Below are positions 52,236 through 64,000 of a DNA stretch of 64,000 bases, one piece after another; within the stretch, counting starts at the first letter, position 1, and the number at the start of each line of letters is the position of its first letter. A program made the translations under genes and the position numbers. The notes below the pieces were generated by a model that was given only the letters and a program-made list of their open reading frames with translations, was not told where the DNA came from and ran no database searches. This DNA is from Octopus sinensis (lineage: Eukaryota), in assembly GCF_006345805.1 (NCBI RefSeq), contig NC_043006.1, forward strand, positions 77,252,001 to 77,316,000, written 5' to 3'.

Positions 52236-52476
52236 AATACCATGTAGTTGATGTTAAAATTCCAATGAAGGAGCCTTGGATCTAGGTCAGATAATTGTTC
52301 TTTCTCTATTGGCAATAAATCTTGAAATTAACTGAATAACGACATACATACAATGAGAAATACCCTGTTGTTGATGCTGAAATCCCAATGAAGGAGTCTT
52401 GAGTCTAGGTTAGAAACCGGTTCCTTCTTTATTGGCAAGAAATCTTGAAATAAACTCAATAATAACACATACATAC
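52236..52476 (+). repeat. Two diverged ~123-bp tandem units with hairpin potential
   Basis: CCAATGAAGGAG at 52262 and 52385; both units continue TCTAGGT.AGA...ATTGGCAA.AAATCTTGAAAT.AACT.AATAA. Confidence 0.85.
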
Positions 52477-54139
52477 TTACATACGAAATTAGGGAATGCA
52501 GCAGATAAAATCCAGGCTACGTATGCTCCATATCTAGCGAAATCTTGGAGGTAGAAATTATCCAAATACCTGGTAAACCGCACGATAATCTTGGGGCCAA
52601 TGATACTTTGATTACATATTTTGAGGCTAGGAGACTGGGTTAAATGGCAGGGGATTCGATCAAAAGACGTAGAAAGTGCAGTTCGAGAGGAAACATATTT
52701 TTGAAGAAGTAAAAATATAACAAATATATATATATATATATTTTTTCTACGTTCGACATATACTTTGCGATACATCGTTCCAGAATCGACTGAATACATA
52801 TTAACATGTGCCCTGATCGATACAGTATGTAACAGTTACAAACGGGAGTGGATTCATTGATCCTAATCTCACTCAAAATATATTTCTGGAGTCATTGCAT
52901 TATTAGTAAGCAATATTAATTTCCCTCGAAGGATAATTAAAGAAATTGCTTCGTCCATCATCGTAGATATCTAACATTATTACAATTGCTAATTGCTTAT
53001 CTGATAATAGTCATGTGTTACTGTTGATTCTTTTATTCTAATAAATAATTCCTTGTCGTTTGATGACAATACTGGGATAAACATAAACATTAGATGTCTA
53101 TTGAGTTAGTTTGAACTTTGCAACATTCATGCATACATGATTCGTTGTTAAACCAGAATTTGAATCTCTTTTATAGAACGCACAAATAACTCGTTTTGTT
53201 AAACGATCGGAAGAATAAGTTTGGCAAATATAATCACATAAATTACTTTGATATAATGCTTTGGATTTTTAAAATGATTTTTTAAAATTTATTATTTTGT
53301 TTTGTTTCATAACACCCATCTCGCTGTTTCATGTGGATATGAACAGCAATTTTTTACAATTACTTTTAAATTATTTTTCTTAAGCTAAAAATATCAATAG
53401 TTAATATTTGGAATGCAACAGCAGCGATAACAATAACCTCCTGTTATAGTTCATTATGTATATAGTTCAGAATTAAGTGTTAGTTTGACATAACATTTAC
53501 ACACGTAGATATGTAATAGGTACATACTGAGTACTGGTGCATCCCTCTTGTCCTTTTCGCGAAGGGAGAGGAAATGGAGAAAGTGCTTGTACTTGATTGC
53601 GATCCACCTGGTTCCCTGTTAATTACCATATGATTAAAAATGAAGAAAACAGATCACAATCTCAACACATGAGAATTTCAAACATAGCGAAAATACACTA
53701 TGAAATATGAGGCATAACATTTAAATAGGAAGTTATTAACATTTCTTAACATCAGTAACGAATCCCATTACTGATTGGGAAACCAAACTTTTTCAAGACC
53801 TGTCCATACATCTATATGAAAAATACGCCTAAATTTTGATTAATTTCGTATGAATGATATTATCTACGAATGGATTGTTTTGTTTTCCTTCTGCTCAACT
53901 TTGTTTTTCTGTATATACAAACTGGTTAGGGCATACGTATAATTGTCTGTTCTTCTGCTGTTATATGTGGAATAATTCATGAGTTTGTTCGCATATGCTG
54001 CCTTCGTTCTCAGTGTTGGCAAGCGCCTTGGTGATCTCTTTCTTATTCATTTGCATAGATTTTGTATACACTCCTATATTTGGATATGTGTTACATGCAT
54101 ATGTGTATATATATCGCCTCTCTCACTCTCTCTTTCTCC

Positions 54140-54266
<127 letters not shown>

Positions 54267-54290
54267 CATATTTATATATATAAAATATGA

Positions 54291-54512
54291 GGCGGCGAGT
54301 TGTTGGCAGAATCGTTAGCACGCCAGACGAAATTCTTAGGGTTATTTCGTCTGCCGTTACCTCCTGAGCCCAAATTCCGCCGAGGTCGACTTTGCTTTTC
54401 ATCCTTTCGGGGTCGATTAAATAAATGTCTGTTACGCACTGGGGTCGATGTAATCGACCAAATCTCTTTGTTTGTCCCCTCTGTGTTTAGCCCCATGTGG
54501 GCAATAACGAAA
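54291..54512 (+). mobile_element. SINE family A
   Basis: Matches 4408-4627 along its length. Confidence 0.88.
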
Positions 54513-54833
54513 TATATATATATACATACATATAATATGATAATAATATATAATAGTAATGATATATAGGGATAGTGTGACAGAGATAAGTAAATATTTT
54601 CGAATACAAAGTGGTACTCTAATGCGGTATACAATTGATCTAAGTTTTATACAAACGTGATGGACGACGTGTATGATTTTGCGTAATTTTTTCTTTCCTT
54701 ATTTCCTAAGTTATTTATCAGTTTTCGATCCACAAAGTTATTCTCAAAGTTTTGAATGACAATATTCATGAATTTTCATACGCTTCTTTTTCCCCACAAC
54801 AGAAGAACTAAGGCCAAATGTCTTAGACAGTAT

Positions 54834-55151
54834 TCCTTAAAAGACTCCGCCGGTTACGACGACGAGGGTCCCAGCTGATACGATCAACGGAACAGCTTGC
54901 TCGTGAAATTAACGTGCAAATGGCTGAGCATTCCACAGACACGTGTACCCTTAACGTAGTTCTCGGGGATAATCAGCGTGACACAAGGCTGACCCTTTGA
55001 AATACAAGTTCAACTCATTTTTGCCAGCTGAGTGGACTGGAGCAACGTGAAATAAAGTGTCTTGCTCAAGGACACAACGCGTCGCCGGGAATCGAACTCA
55101 CAACCTTACGATCATGAGCCGAATGCCCTAACCACTAAGCCACGCGCCCTC
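54834..55151 (-). mobile_element. CORE-type tRNA SINE, family D, full length, 10-bp TSD
   Basis: TAGACAGTAT at 54824-54833 and 55152-55161. The minus strand reads GGCGCGTGGCTTAGTGGTTAGG...GAGTTCGATTCCC...GTGTCCTTGAGCAAGACACTT. Confidence 0.9.
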
Positions 55152-56145
55152 TAGACAGTATACAATCTTGCCAACCGAAGTAGTGGAGCATTAGCCAATT
55201 GAAGTATTCTCAATTCAGTCCCTATTGGCATGTGATATCTAAATGAGATCTAGGCCGAGACTACCGTTACACTATCTAAGTAATATATAACAGTAATTCA
55301 TCGATTTTTTTTCTTAGCATTATTTGATAGGACAAAAATATTCAACAAATCATCTGTTAAGATATCATACAATTTCTGAACTAAAATATTGGACGCTGTT
55401 CTTTGGCAATTCTCTAAAGTATTATAGTGATGTAATTTACTACCAGTCTTTTGTCGTTGTCTGTAAAATGATGGATTATAACACTAATTTGTTTACCAAG
55501 CCAAAAAGTTTTATCGTTCAAGAAACTCAACTACGATCAATTTTAAAGACGTTACAAGGATTTGTATCACTAAAACTTGGATCATTGCATGTAATCTTAA
55601 ATTTTACTGCGGATGTGGTGTGATGTGATATTTGTTGTCTTTTGGGGCTTACACGAATGTGATTCTTGAACTATATTTCAATCAACCGTAAAATATTCGC
55701 TGTGTGTTCATCTGTGATGGAAAATCGTTAATAAACAAACCGATGAGACAAACTTGTAGGCGATTGTCTGACATGCTAGAAATAGAAAGATATTCATCAT
55801 CAGAATGCATCTATAATCTACCAAAGAATAAAAAGTAAACTACATCTAAGTTCTTAAAAAAACACGAATTTTTTTTAATTAACATAATTGTAGATGTACT
55901 ATACACTACGAAAGAATACTCCACAGAGATTCAACTTCAAGGCGCCTTTAATATGTGTGTCCAACTAGAGAGGGCTCGATTAAAAACAATATAAATTTGT
56001 CAAACGCGTGAATGTTTTCTTTGGTTTCGTTGATATCTCCGGTACTTATATATAACAAAAATTAAAAGGGTCTATTTATCTACAGAAATTCTTTAAATTC
56101 CTTATTATAATTCGTGTATCATGTAAATGGGTATGTATGTCCATT

Positions 56146-56601
56146 GTAGAGGGAGACCCTGCAAGACATGGGATGAGGTGGTGAAGCATGACCTTCGAAC
56201 GTTGGGCCTCACAGAGGCAATGACAAAAGACCGAGACCACTGGAGGTATGCTATGACTGAGAAGACCCGGTAAATAAAGTCAGTCCACAGCTATAACCTA
56301 CACCAGTGTCGCATAAACAACCCCCTTGAATCTTAGGGCGACATGCCGTGCTTGGGGAGACCTATTGAGTCAAGTACATCAACATCAACACTACCAAAAT
56401 CATATCAAATGGAAATTGTAGTTGTTAGCCCCTTGTCGGTAGCACGTAAAAAGGACCCACTAAACCGTCGGACTGGTTGCAGTTAGGAAGGGCATCCAAC
56501 TGTAGAAACACTGCCAGATCACACCCCAGTCGAGCCGTCCAACCCATGCCATCATGGAAAACGGACACTAATCGATGAAGGTGATGATGATGATGATGAT
56601 G

Positions 56602-56603
<2 letters not shown>
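56146..56603 (+). mobile_element. RTE-clade LINE 3' end
   Basis: RGRPCKTWDEVVKHDLRTLGLTEAMTKDRDHWRYAMTEKTR* matches RGRP..TW...V..D....L......DR..W. The 3' UTR has AGGAAGGGCATCCA.CTGTAGAAAC and a (GAT)n tail. Confidence 0.88.
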
Positions 56604-56646
<43 letters not shown>

Positions 56647-56737
56647 ATATTTGAAAAAGCTAAAGAATGACCTTACTGGTCGTTCTAATAATATAATTTT
56701 ACAGCTTGATTTTAGATCTACTTGTAAGTACTTTTAT

Positions 56738-57130
56738 AGAATCAACAGCAGATGATGGGTTCTCTGTTGCACGGAAAATATCGTCGGGCGCGGGCAAGGA
56801 GAACTGATGATCAAATATTCCAACAGCGGAAGGCGAAGACTGGTCTAGGCCTCAATGTCTACGTTCAAATGTTCCAGGTTCACCAGAAAAGGTCTCTAAC
56901 TCTATTGGTATAGATTTTCTCAAGTTCTTTGAAAACCATTGGTTCTTTTTTATCTGTGGAATTCTATCACGTTTTTCGCTGTTTTCTATTATGCTTTTCC
57001 TTAATAGAGACAAAGCCATATTTTCAATTTTGTTCCGCGGAGAACATAAAGTATAGCGCTTGTTCCAGTCTGTGTATTCACAACATTCACTTGATGGTTC
57101 ATCCCATGGCAATTCTCCAGCCAACATTGC
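56738..57130 (-). pseudogene. CHEK1: Checkpoint kinase 1 (Chk1) fragment, probably a processed pseudogene
   Basis: [72 protein letters not shown] aligns by eye, without gaps, to Chk1 as I recall it ([72 protein letters not shown]). It has an in-frame TGA at 56852-56854, a conserved W changed to R (CGG), and no upstream kinase subdomains. Confidence 0.85.
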
Positions 57131-57476
57131 TGGCTATTATTATACGTATCATTATGCATATCCACCCACTTGATTTCCACCCAACCACATAATATCTTTC
57201 CTACACACACATCCCACATACACACATGTAATTTTATTCTTTGATTATCAACATCAGAAATGCTCCGACTTTGGATCCCAACAGTGTTGATAGGACACTA
57301 TTCAGATTGAGCGCTTCTCTGGAAATGCCCCATCTTCTCACCCAACTGACTTTAGCCATATGCTCTGCATACGTGCTTTAGTTTCACCTCATAACTCTAA
57401 TTTGACTATGTGCACTACATAATTTATAATTATTTATAAACTATGTAAATAACATTATCTAATGTTATTATCTAAT

Positions 57477-57675
57477 GGGCTCGGTTTCCCGGCTTCAATG
57501 GTGTATATGTTCCCCAGTTGGACGGGACGCCAGTCCATCGCAGCGTTACTAATTTTTGCCAGCTGAGTGGACTGGAGCAACGTGAAATAAAGTGTTTTGC
57601 TCAAGAACACAACGTGTCGCCCGGTACACGAATCGAAAACACAATCTTACGATCACTAAGCCACGTGCCTCCACC
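57477..57675 (-). mobile_element. SINE with a family D head/core and a family C-like 3' part
   Basis: TTTTTGCCAGCTGAGTGGACTGGAGCAACGTGAAATAAAGTG (as at ~55020) is joined to TGGACGGGACGCCAGTCCATCGCAGCGTTA (as at ~7450). Confidence 0.75.
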
Positions 57676-57819
57676 ATTAACAGTATTACACTAAATAAAT
57701 TTCAAACATTTATATTAGTCTCTTGCACGGTTGTAGCTTTATACAGATTCTAGATGTTTCATATCTTGCGCCTACAGTAGGAAAACTACTTGTGACTTTC
57801 ATACGTCGCGCTGACTGAG

Positions 57820-58170
57820 TCCTAATCACGCCGGCAAGATCCTTAACTGCTTTTCATTCAGCTTTAGGTTTGGATTTCATATGTCTACGGGGTGGGATTC
57901 TTCTTTCATGCTTCCGGGATCGATAAAATAATTACGCGTTGAGCAGTAGGGTCCATGTATATGAGTAGCATCCTCAGCCAGAAAGGAATATTAGTAATTG
58001 TTCGTAAGGCAGCAAGCTTTGCAGCATTCCATCCATCTTCACATCCTGCCTAGGTTCCCTTTGTTTCTCATCTTTCGGGATCCATAAATTAAGTACCAGC
58101 TGAACACTGAGGGCTATTTAACCGATTCAGCCCATACTTAAAACTGCTGCCTTTGTGCAGATATTTAGAA
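57820..58170 (+). mobile_element. Two very degenerate SINE family A copies
   Basis: TTTCATGCTTCCGGGATCGATAAAATAATTAC and CTCATCTTTCGGGATCCATAAATTAAGTACCAG. Confidence 0.5.
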
Positions 58171-58603
58171 CCTAAGTTGGTAATTATATGCATGCTCCAT
58201 ACAACATTTCCTCGCATACGAGTGATGTAACTTTTTCGCTATCGCTAAAATTTCCGGAACTTGTAATGGGTTTTTCCCTCAAACCTAACTACTACGCAGA
58301 CTCACAGCAGAAGGTAATGACAATGAGACATTATATAATGTAGTCTTAGACAGAAATCAACAGATAGAATTTTCACTGTAACGTGTTTGATTCTAAGGCA
58401 CCACGTTCATGGTTGACCTGAGAAAGACATCAGAAAGAATAACAGTAATATCACTTTAATACAAATCATAATAAAGGAGTAAACATTTCATTTCAGAAAT
58501 GTTCGCATCTATTGTGAAGTGGAATACATTTTGTTGATAAAGTCTACTGTGTTTCTGACCTGAAAGTTCCGCAGTTTAATTGCAACTATAACCTTTGAAT
58601 ATA

Positions 58604-58834
58604 TATTTACTTACTACCCACAAGGGGCTAAACATAGAGGGGACAAACAAGGACAGACAAACGGATTAAGTCGATTACATCGACCGCAGTGCGAAACTGG
58701 TACTTAATATATCGACCCCGAAAGGATGAAAGGCAAAGTCGACCTCGGCGGAATTTGAACTCAGAACTTAACGACAGACGAAATACCGCTAAGCATTTCG
58801 CCCGGCGGGATAACGTTTCTGCCAGCTCGCCGCC
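58604..58834 (-). mobile_element. SINE family A, full length, 18-bp TSD
   Basis: CTATAACCTTTGAATATA at 58586-58603 and 58835-58852. Confidence 0.93.
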
Positions 58835-59675
58835 CTATAACCTTTGAATATAACGGCGAATCTACCCAGAAATCAGCACATGAATCACATTGTCCAATAC
58901 ATTGCAAACAATGCTTTGCCACGAACCCATTTGCTTGCTATTTGTTTGAGAGAATATATTAATGATTATACCATATGGTAATAAAAAGAAATTAATGTGA
59001 CTTGATTATATGTAAGAGGTAGAGAAATAGTCAAGAAAAGGTATTTTTATTATTTTTTCTTACTTAAATCGTTGTCCTAAAAACCATTATATAATATATT
59101 CTATAATTAGCAATGGATATGTCTTCACTTATTCGACTTTTCTTCTCACAAACTTACATTTCAAATCCATCACGCCCCACCTAAATAAAATACGGCAAAA
59201 AGCTAAACTCAAAGAAGCGTTTACTTACGATCTATCTCTCCCTCTCTCTCTCTCTCTGACTCTCTCTCTGTCTTTCTCTCCCTCTATCTCTCCCTCGTTG
59301 TTTCTCTCTCTTTGTCTCTCTCTTTCTCTCTTTTCTCTCTCTTTCCCTTTTTTTTACCTATCTGCTCGCTGACTATGGATTGTCGCCTCTGTAACGTAAC
59401 TGAACGATTCAGCTGTTAGAAGGACAATATCTATTTTCTAGAACTCCACATTGTAGATAACGACGCAACAAGCCTTACAGCACATTATTTGCACTCGACA
59501 CAAAACATGTAAATGTTAATCACATTAATACGTTCCAGCTGACCTACTCCGTTGACATCTGAAAATTCAAAAACAAAACAAAAAACGAGGCATCTGCTCA
59601 TTTACATCAGATTTATATGACATTTTATATTATTACAAGTGGAGGTTATGTTTACGAAATCACTTCGTATTTTAC

Positions 59676-59891
59676 CTACGTTAAGCTCTTTGCACTCTGT
59701 CCAAAAGAAGCTGGTTGCCACATTTCTACAAAAATGTGAATGATTATCATCGTAGCAGATGAACAACTCTGTTTTTACTGAAGCGTGATTCAACCAGCCA
59801 GCCATATATTTTGAATCAAAACCCCTAAACTTATCGGTTGACCAGCAGAAGGAAAGCATTACTGGCCAGGTAGTATAAGGGATATTCATGT
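59676..59891 (-). other. Candidate 216-bp phase 1-1 coding exon (unverified)
   Basis: TTCTGCAG acceptor and G|GTAAAA donor. The open frame reads DMNIPYTTWPVMLSFCWSTDKFRGFDSKYMAGWLNHASVKTELFICYDDNHSHFCRNVATSFFWTECKELNV; no family recognised. Confidence 0.2.
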
Positions 59892-60549
59892 CTGCAGAAT
59901 CAATGTCATTAATGTCTCTCAAGAAACACAATGATACGGTAAGCTTATTACGGTTTAACCCTGAGTAAGTAGACTTTTTACCGAAGAGTATTCATCTGAT
60001 AATATATGTTAAAGATTACACTACCTAAGGTATTCAAAGAATTTCCCACTAGTGGGATGTAACTTAAAGAAATTTTGGTTGCTATTTCTAGCTGGTCGAA
60101 CAAATGTTCAGAGACTTAAAGGCGTCTTCGCTGCATTTATTGCCTTAATGATTTGTCATGAAGTGTTCTAATTCATATGAAATGTTTGACGTGTTGCTCA
60201 ACGACCGTCTGCCTACAAGAACCCTGGTACGAATATTCTCACTATAAATCTAATCTTTCGAGCGTTGTTGATGTTGATATTACTGCCATCGTTTCTGCTG
60301 TTGTTGTTGCTGCTGCTGCTACTACTGCTGTTGCTGCTAGTGTTTGAATACAAGACCTCTAGCCAGATTCCTTTTAATATATGATCAAATAACCATTACC
60401 TATCCATTATAAAAGATCTTAAAATCATTTCCATGAGGGTCAATTACAGATTGAGTTAAGGGACGCATTTTACAATGTAAAAGTTCACAACGCTTACGTT
60501 ACATCTTTAAGCATACGTGCAAACGCACATACACACACACACACAGAGA

Positions 60550-60950
60550 ATATTTTACTTCTTTCAAACTTTCCACTGCAGCCATGATGAGGCCCCACGA
60601 TGAAGAGTTTTAGTCAAGCAGATCGGCCCCAGTACTTATTTATTTAAAGTCAGACACTATATTTTACTCAAAGGTATGGGTACATAAGCAAACCAACACC
60701 AGTGGATAAGCATTAGCGGTAGACAAACAAAACACAAAAGCAAACACACGCGTAGATATAGGTATATACACCATATGCGACAAGCTTCTTTCAGTTTCCA
60801 TCTATCAAATCCACTTACAAAACCTTTGGTCGGCTTGTGGTAGTATTAGAGAAGACAACTGGCCAAAATGCCATGCAGTGGGACTGAACACGCTACTAAG
60901 TGGTTAAGGGGTCGGGAAACTGACTTCATGCCACACAGCTACATCTGCTC
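60550..60950 (-). mobile_element. Degenerate SINE family B
   Basis: GCTTCTTTCAGTTTCCATCTATCAAATCCACTTACAA...ATGCCATGCAGTGGGACTGAAC. Confidence 0.7.
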
Positions 60951-61341
60951 CTTTATGTATGTATGTGTGTGTGTGTGTGTGTGTCTGCGTGTGTGTGTGT
61001 CTGTGTACACACACACACACACACACACACACAATCACACAGAACTGTGTGCACGCGCTTCTATCTGACTCAGTTTCATATGACAATATTTCGAAACGTT
61101 ATATGGGCGCATGATAGAGGCTCCTTTCTGTAGATGAATAACCATTTGATCACATGAAGTATCTGATGAAATGAGCAAGTCCTGTGCGCTGGCAAATTTT
61201 TAAAGTCATGTGGACTTGAGTAATATTGCTATTAAAATAATGCAACTGCAACGAAATGCAAATGCTTCTTTCGTTTTCTCATTCGCTTCAATATAAATAT
61301 GTTTGTGTGTGTAATATTTTCATAATATTTCTGCTGGTCAA

Positions 61342-61575
61342 GGCGGCGAGCTGGCAGAAACGTTAGCACGCTGGACGGAATGCTTAGTGGTAATTCGCCC
61401 CTCGCTACGGTCAGAGTTCAATTTCCGCCGAGGTCGATTTTGCCATTTATTCATGCGGGGTCGATAAATAAAGTACCAGTTACGCACTGGGATCAATGTA
61501 ATCGTCTTAATCCATTTGCATGTCTTTGTTTGTCCCCTCTATGTTTAGCCCCTTGTGGGCTAATATATAAGAAAT
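61342..61575 (+). mobile_element. SINE family A
   Basis: GGCGGCGAGCTGGCAGAAACGTTAGCACG...TTAGCCCCTTGTGGG. Confidence 0.88.
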
Positions 61576-62229
61576 ATACAAGAAATATATACTTGATTAT
61601 CCCCTCCCCTGGATTTCAGGCCTTCTGTCTTTAATAGAAAGCATAATAGTTTTGCTCATGAAATTGTGTGTATATCACCATTTGCCACGCAGTCTTATGA
61701 TAGCTGCCCAGCCTTTATTTAGCCTACATCTGATCATATGATCAAACCTAGAGAATAGCGTAATACCCCAATTCTAATGTTATTTTTCAGACGTGGTTTA
61801 CATTAGATAAATACCGCCTGCATTCTGTTTCCTTTCTTCTTCTTTTTTTCCTCTCACGGAAGCATTATGAGTTTCAGTTTCCTTGCAGTATGAGTAATAG
61901 AGCAGAAGCTACCCCGTTAGTTAGTAATGGCTGAACGTAGTGTATAGAGGTAATGAACAAAGAAATGAATCAAACAAATGGTATCTCGATTGATAATGGC
62001 GATAATCGGATTTCACGTTCTTTCAACGTTTGTGAGAGTTCAGCAGAAATAACAAAATTATGGCTAAATAAAGAACTAATTAAACCCTTTGTGTCTGGCA
62101 AATACTTTCGATAATATTAACTGCATTTTTTTTGTTTAATGGTATAAAATTTTATAACTAAAAGAAGTTTTCACACTCATGCACACAGAAACACATACGA
62201 ATTTAGCTCTATGTATGAGTGAATGCATA

Positions 62230-63540
<1,311 letters not shown>

Positions 63541-64000
63541 TAGCATTGTATGTATACGCGATATAGAGCTATACCCGTTCCGACAAAGAAAAAAACTTCT
63601 ATTCCTATCAGTGCCATTTACACACCCTAGACATATTACAATCAATACAATTATCTATGCATAACTCGCTTGCACAAAATGCACAATTAACTTTGTGCGG
63701 ATTTATATCGCTTCGCAAACTGATTCCAAATCTACACATTTTCACATACACACACACACATACATATACACAGATACACATGCACACATACACCCACGTA
63801 CACGGGCATTAGCAACTCTGACAAGCACTCCTATATTCTCAGACGCATTTTATCTTTGTAAATCATTTTTTCGTATTCCGTCTTTTAGTTTGTTTTTTAT
63901 CTCACTTCCTTTTTCTATCTGTCTTTCTCTGTCTCGGCCCTCTCTCTCTCTCTGTTCTCCTAGACGTTCGTTTATCTTGGTTGCTATTAGACTCTTCAAA

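Noticed and set aside
52480-52720. Coding-like stretch (LRLGDWVKWQGIRSKDVESAVREETYF)
   Set aside because: There are stops nearby and I do not recognise a family; it needs a translated search.

Overview
AT-rich eukaryotic non-coding DNA, dense in microsatellites and mobile-element debris. The SINE families and repeat style look like a coleoid cephalopod (Octopus-like); this is my recollection, not a search result. No intact protein-coding gene is supported, and nearly all listed ORFs are translations of simple repeats or SINEs. Recognisable coding relics are a Penelope-like RT N-terminus (1-355), a maT/DD37D-like transposase, a mariner, 3' ends of R4/Dong-like, CR1 and RTE LINEs, and an intronless, stop-containing Chk1 kinase fragment (56738-57130). 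The most interesting signal is a set of about seven unrelated short insertions carrying minimal type-I hammerhead ribozyme motifs (CTGANGA - stem II - GAAA - short palindromic stem III). Several have Penelope-style architecture: inverted 5' fragments, a partial tandem repeat and 12-13 bp target-site duplications. They look like small non-autonomous retrozyme-like elements mobilised by Penelope RT. The best cases are 6095-6604 and 18159-18996. Every copy has core mutations or truncations, so catalytic activity is not claimed.
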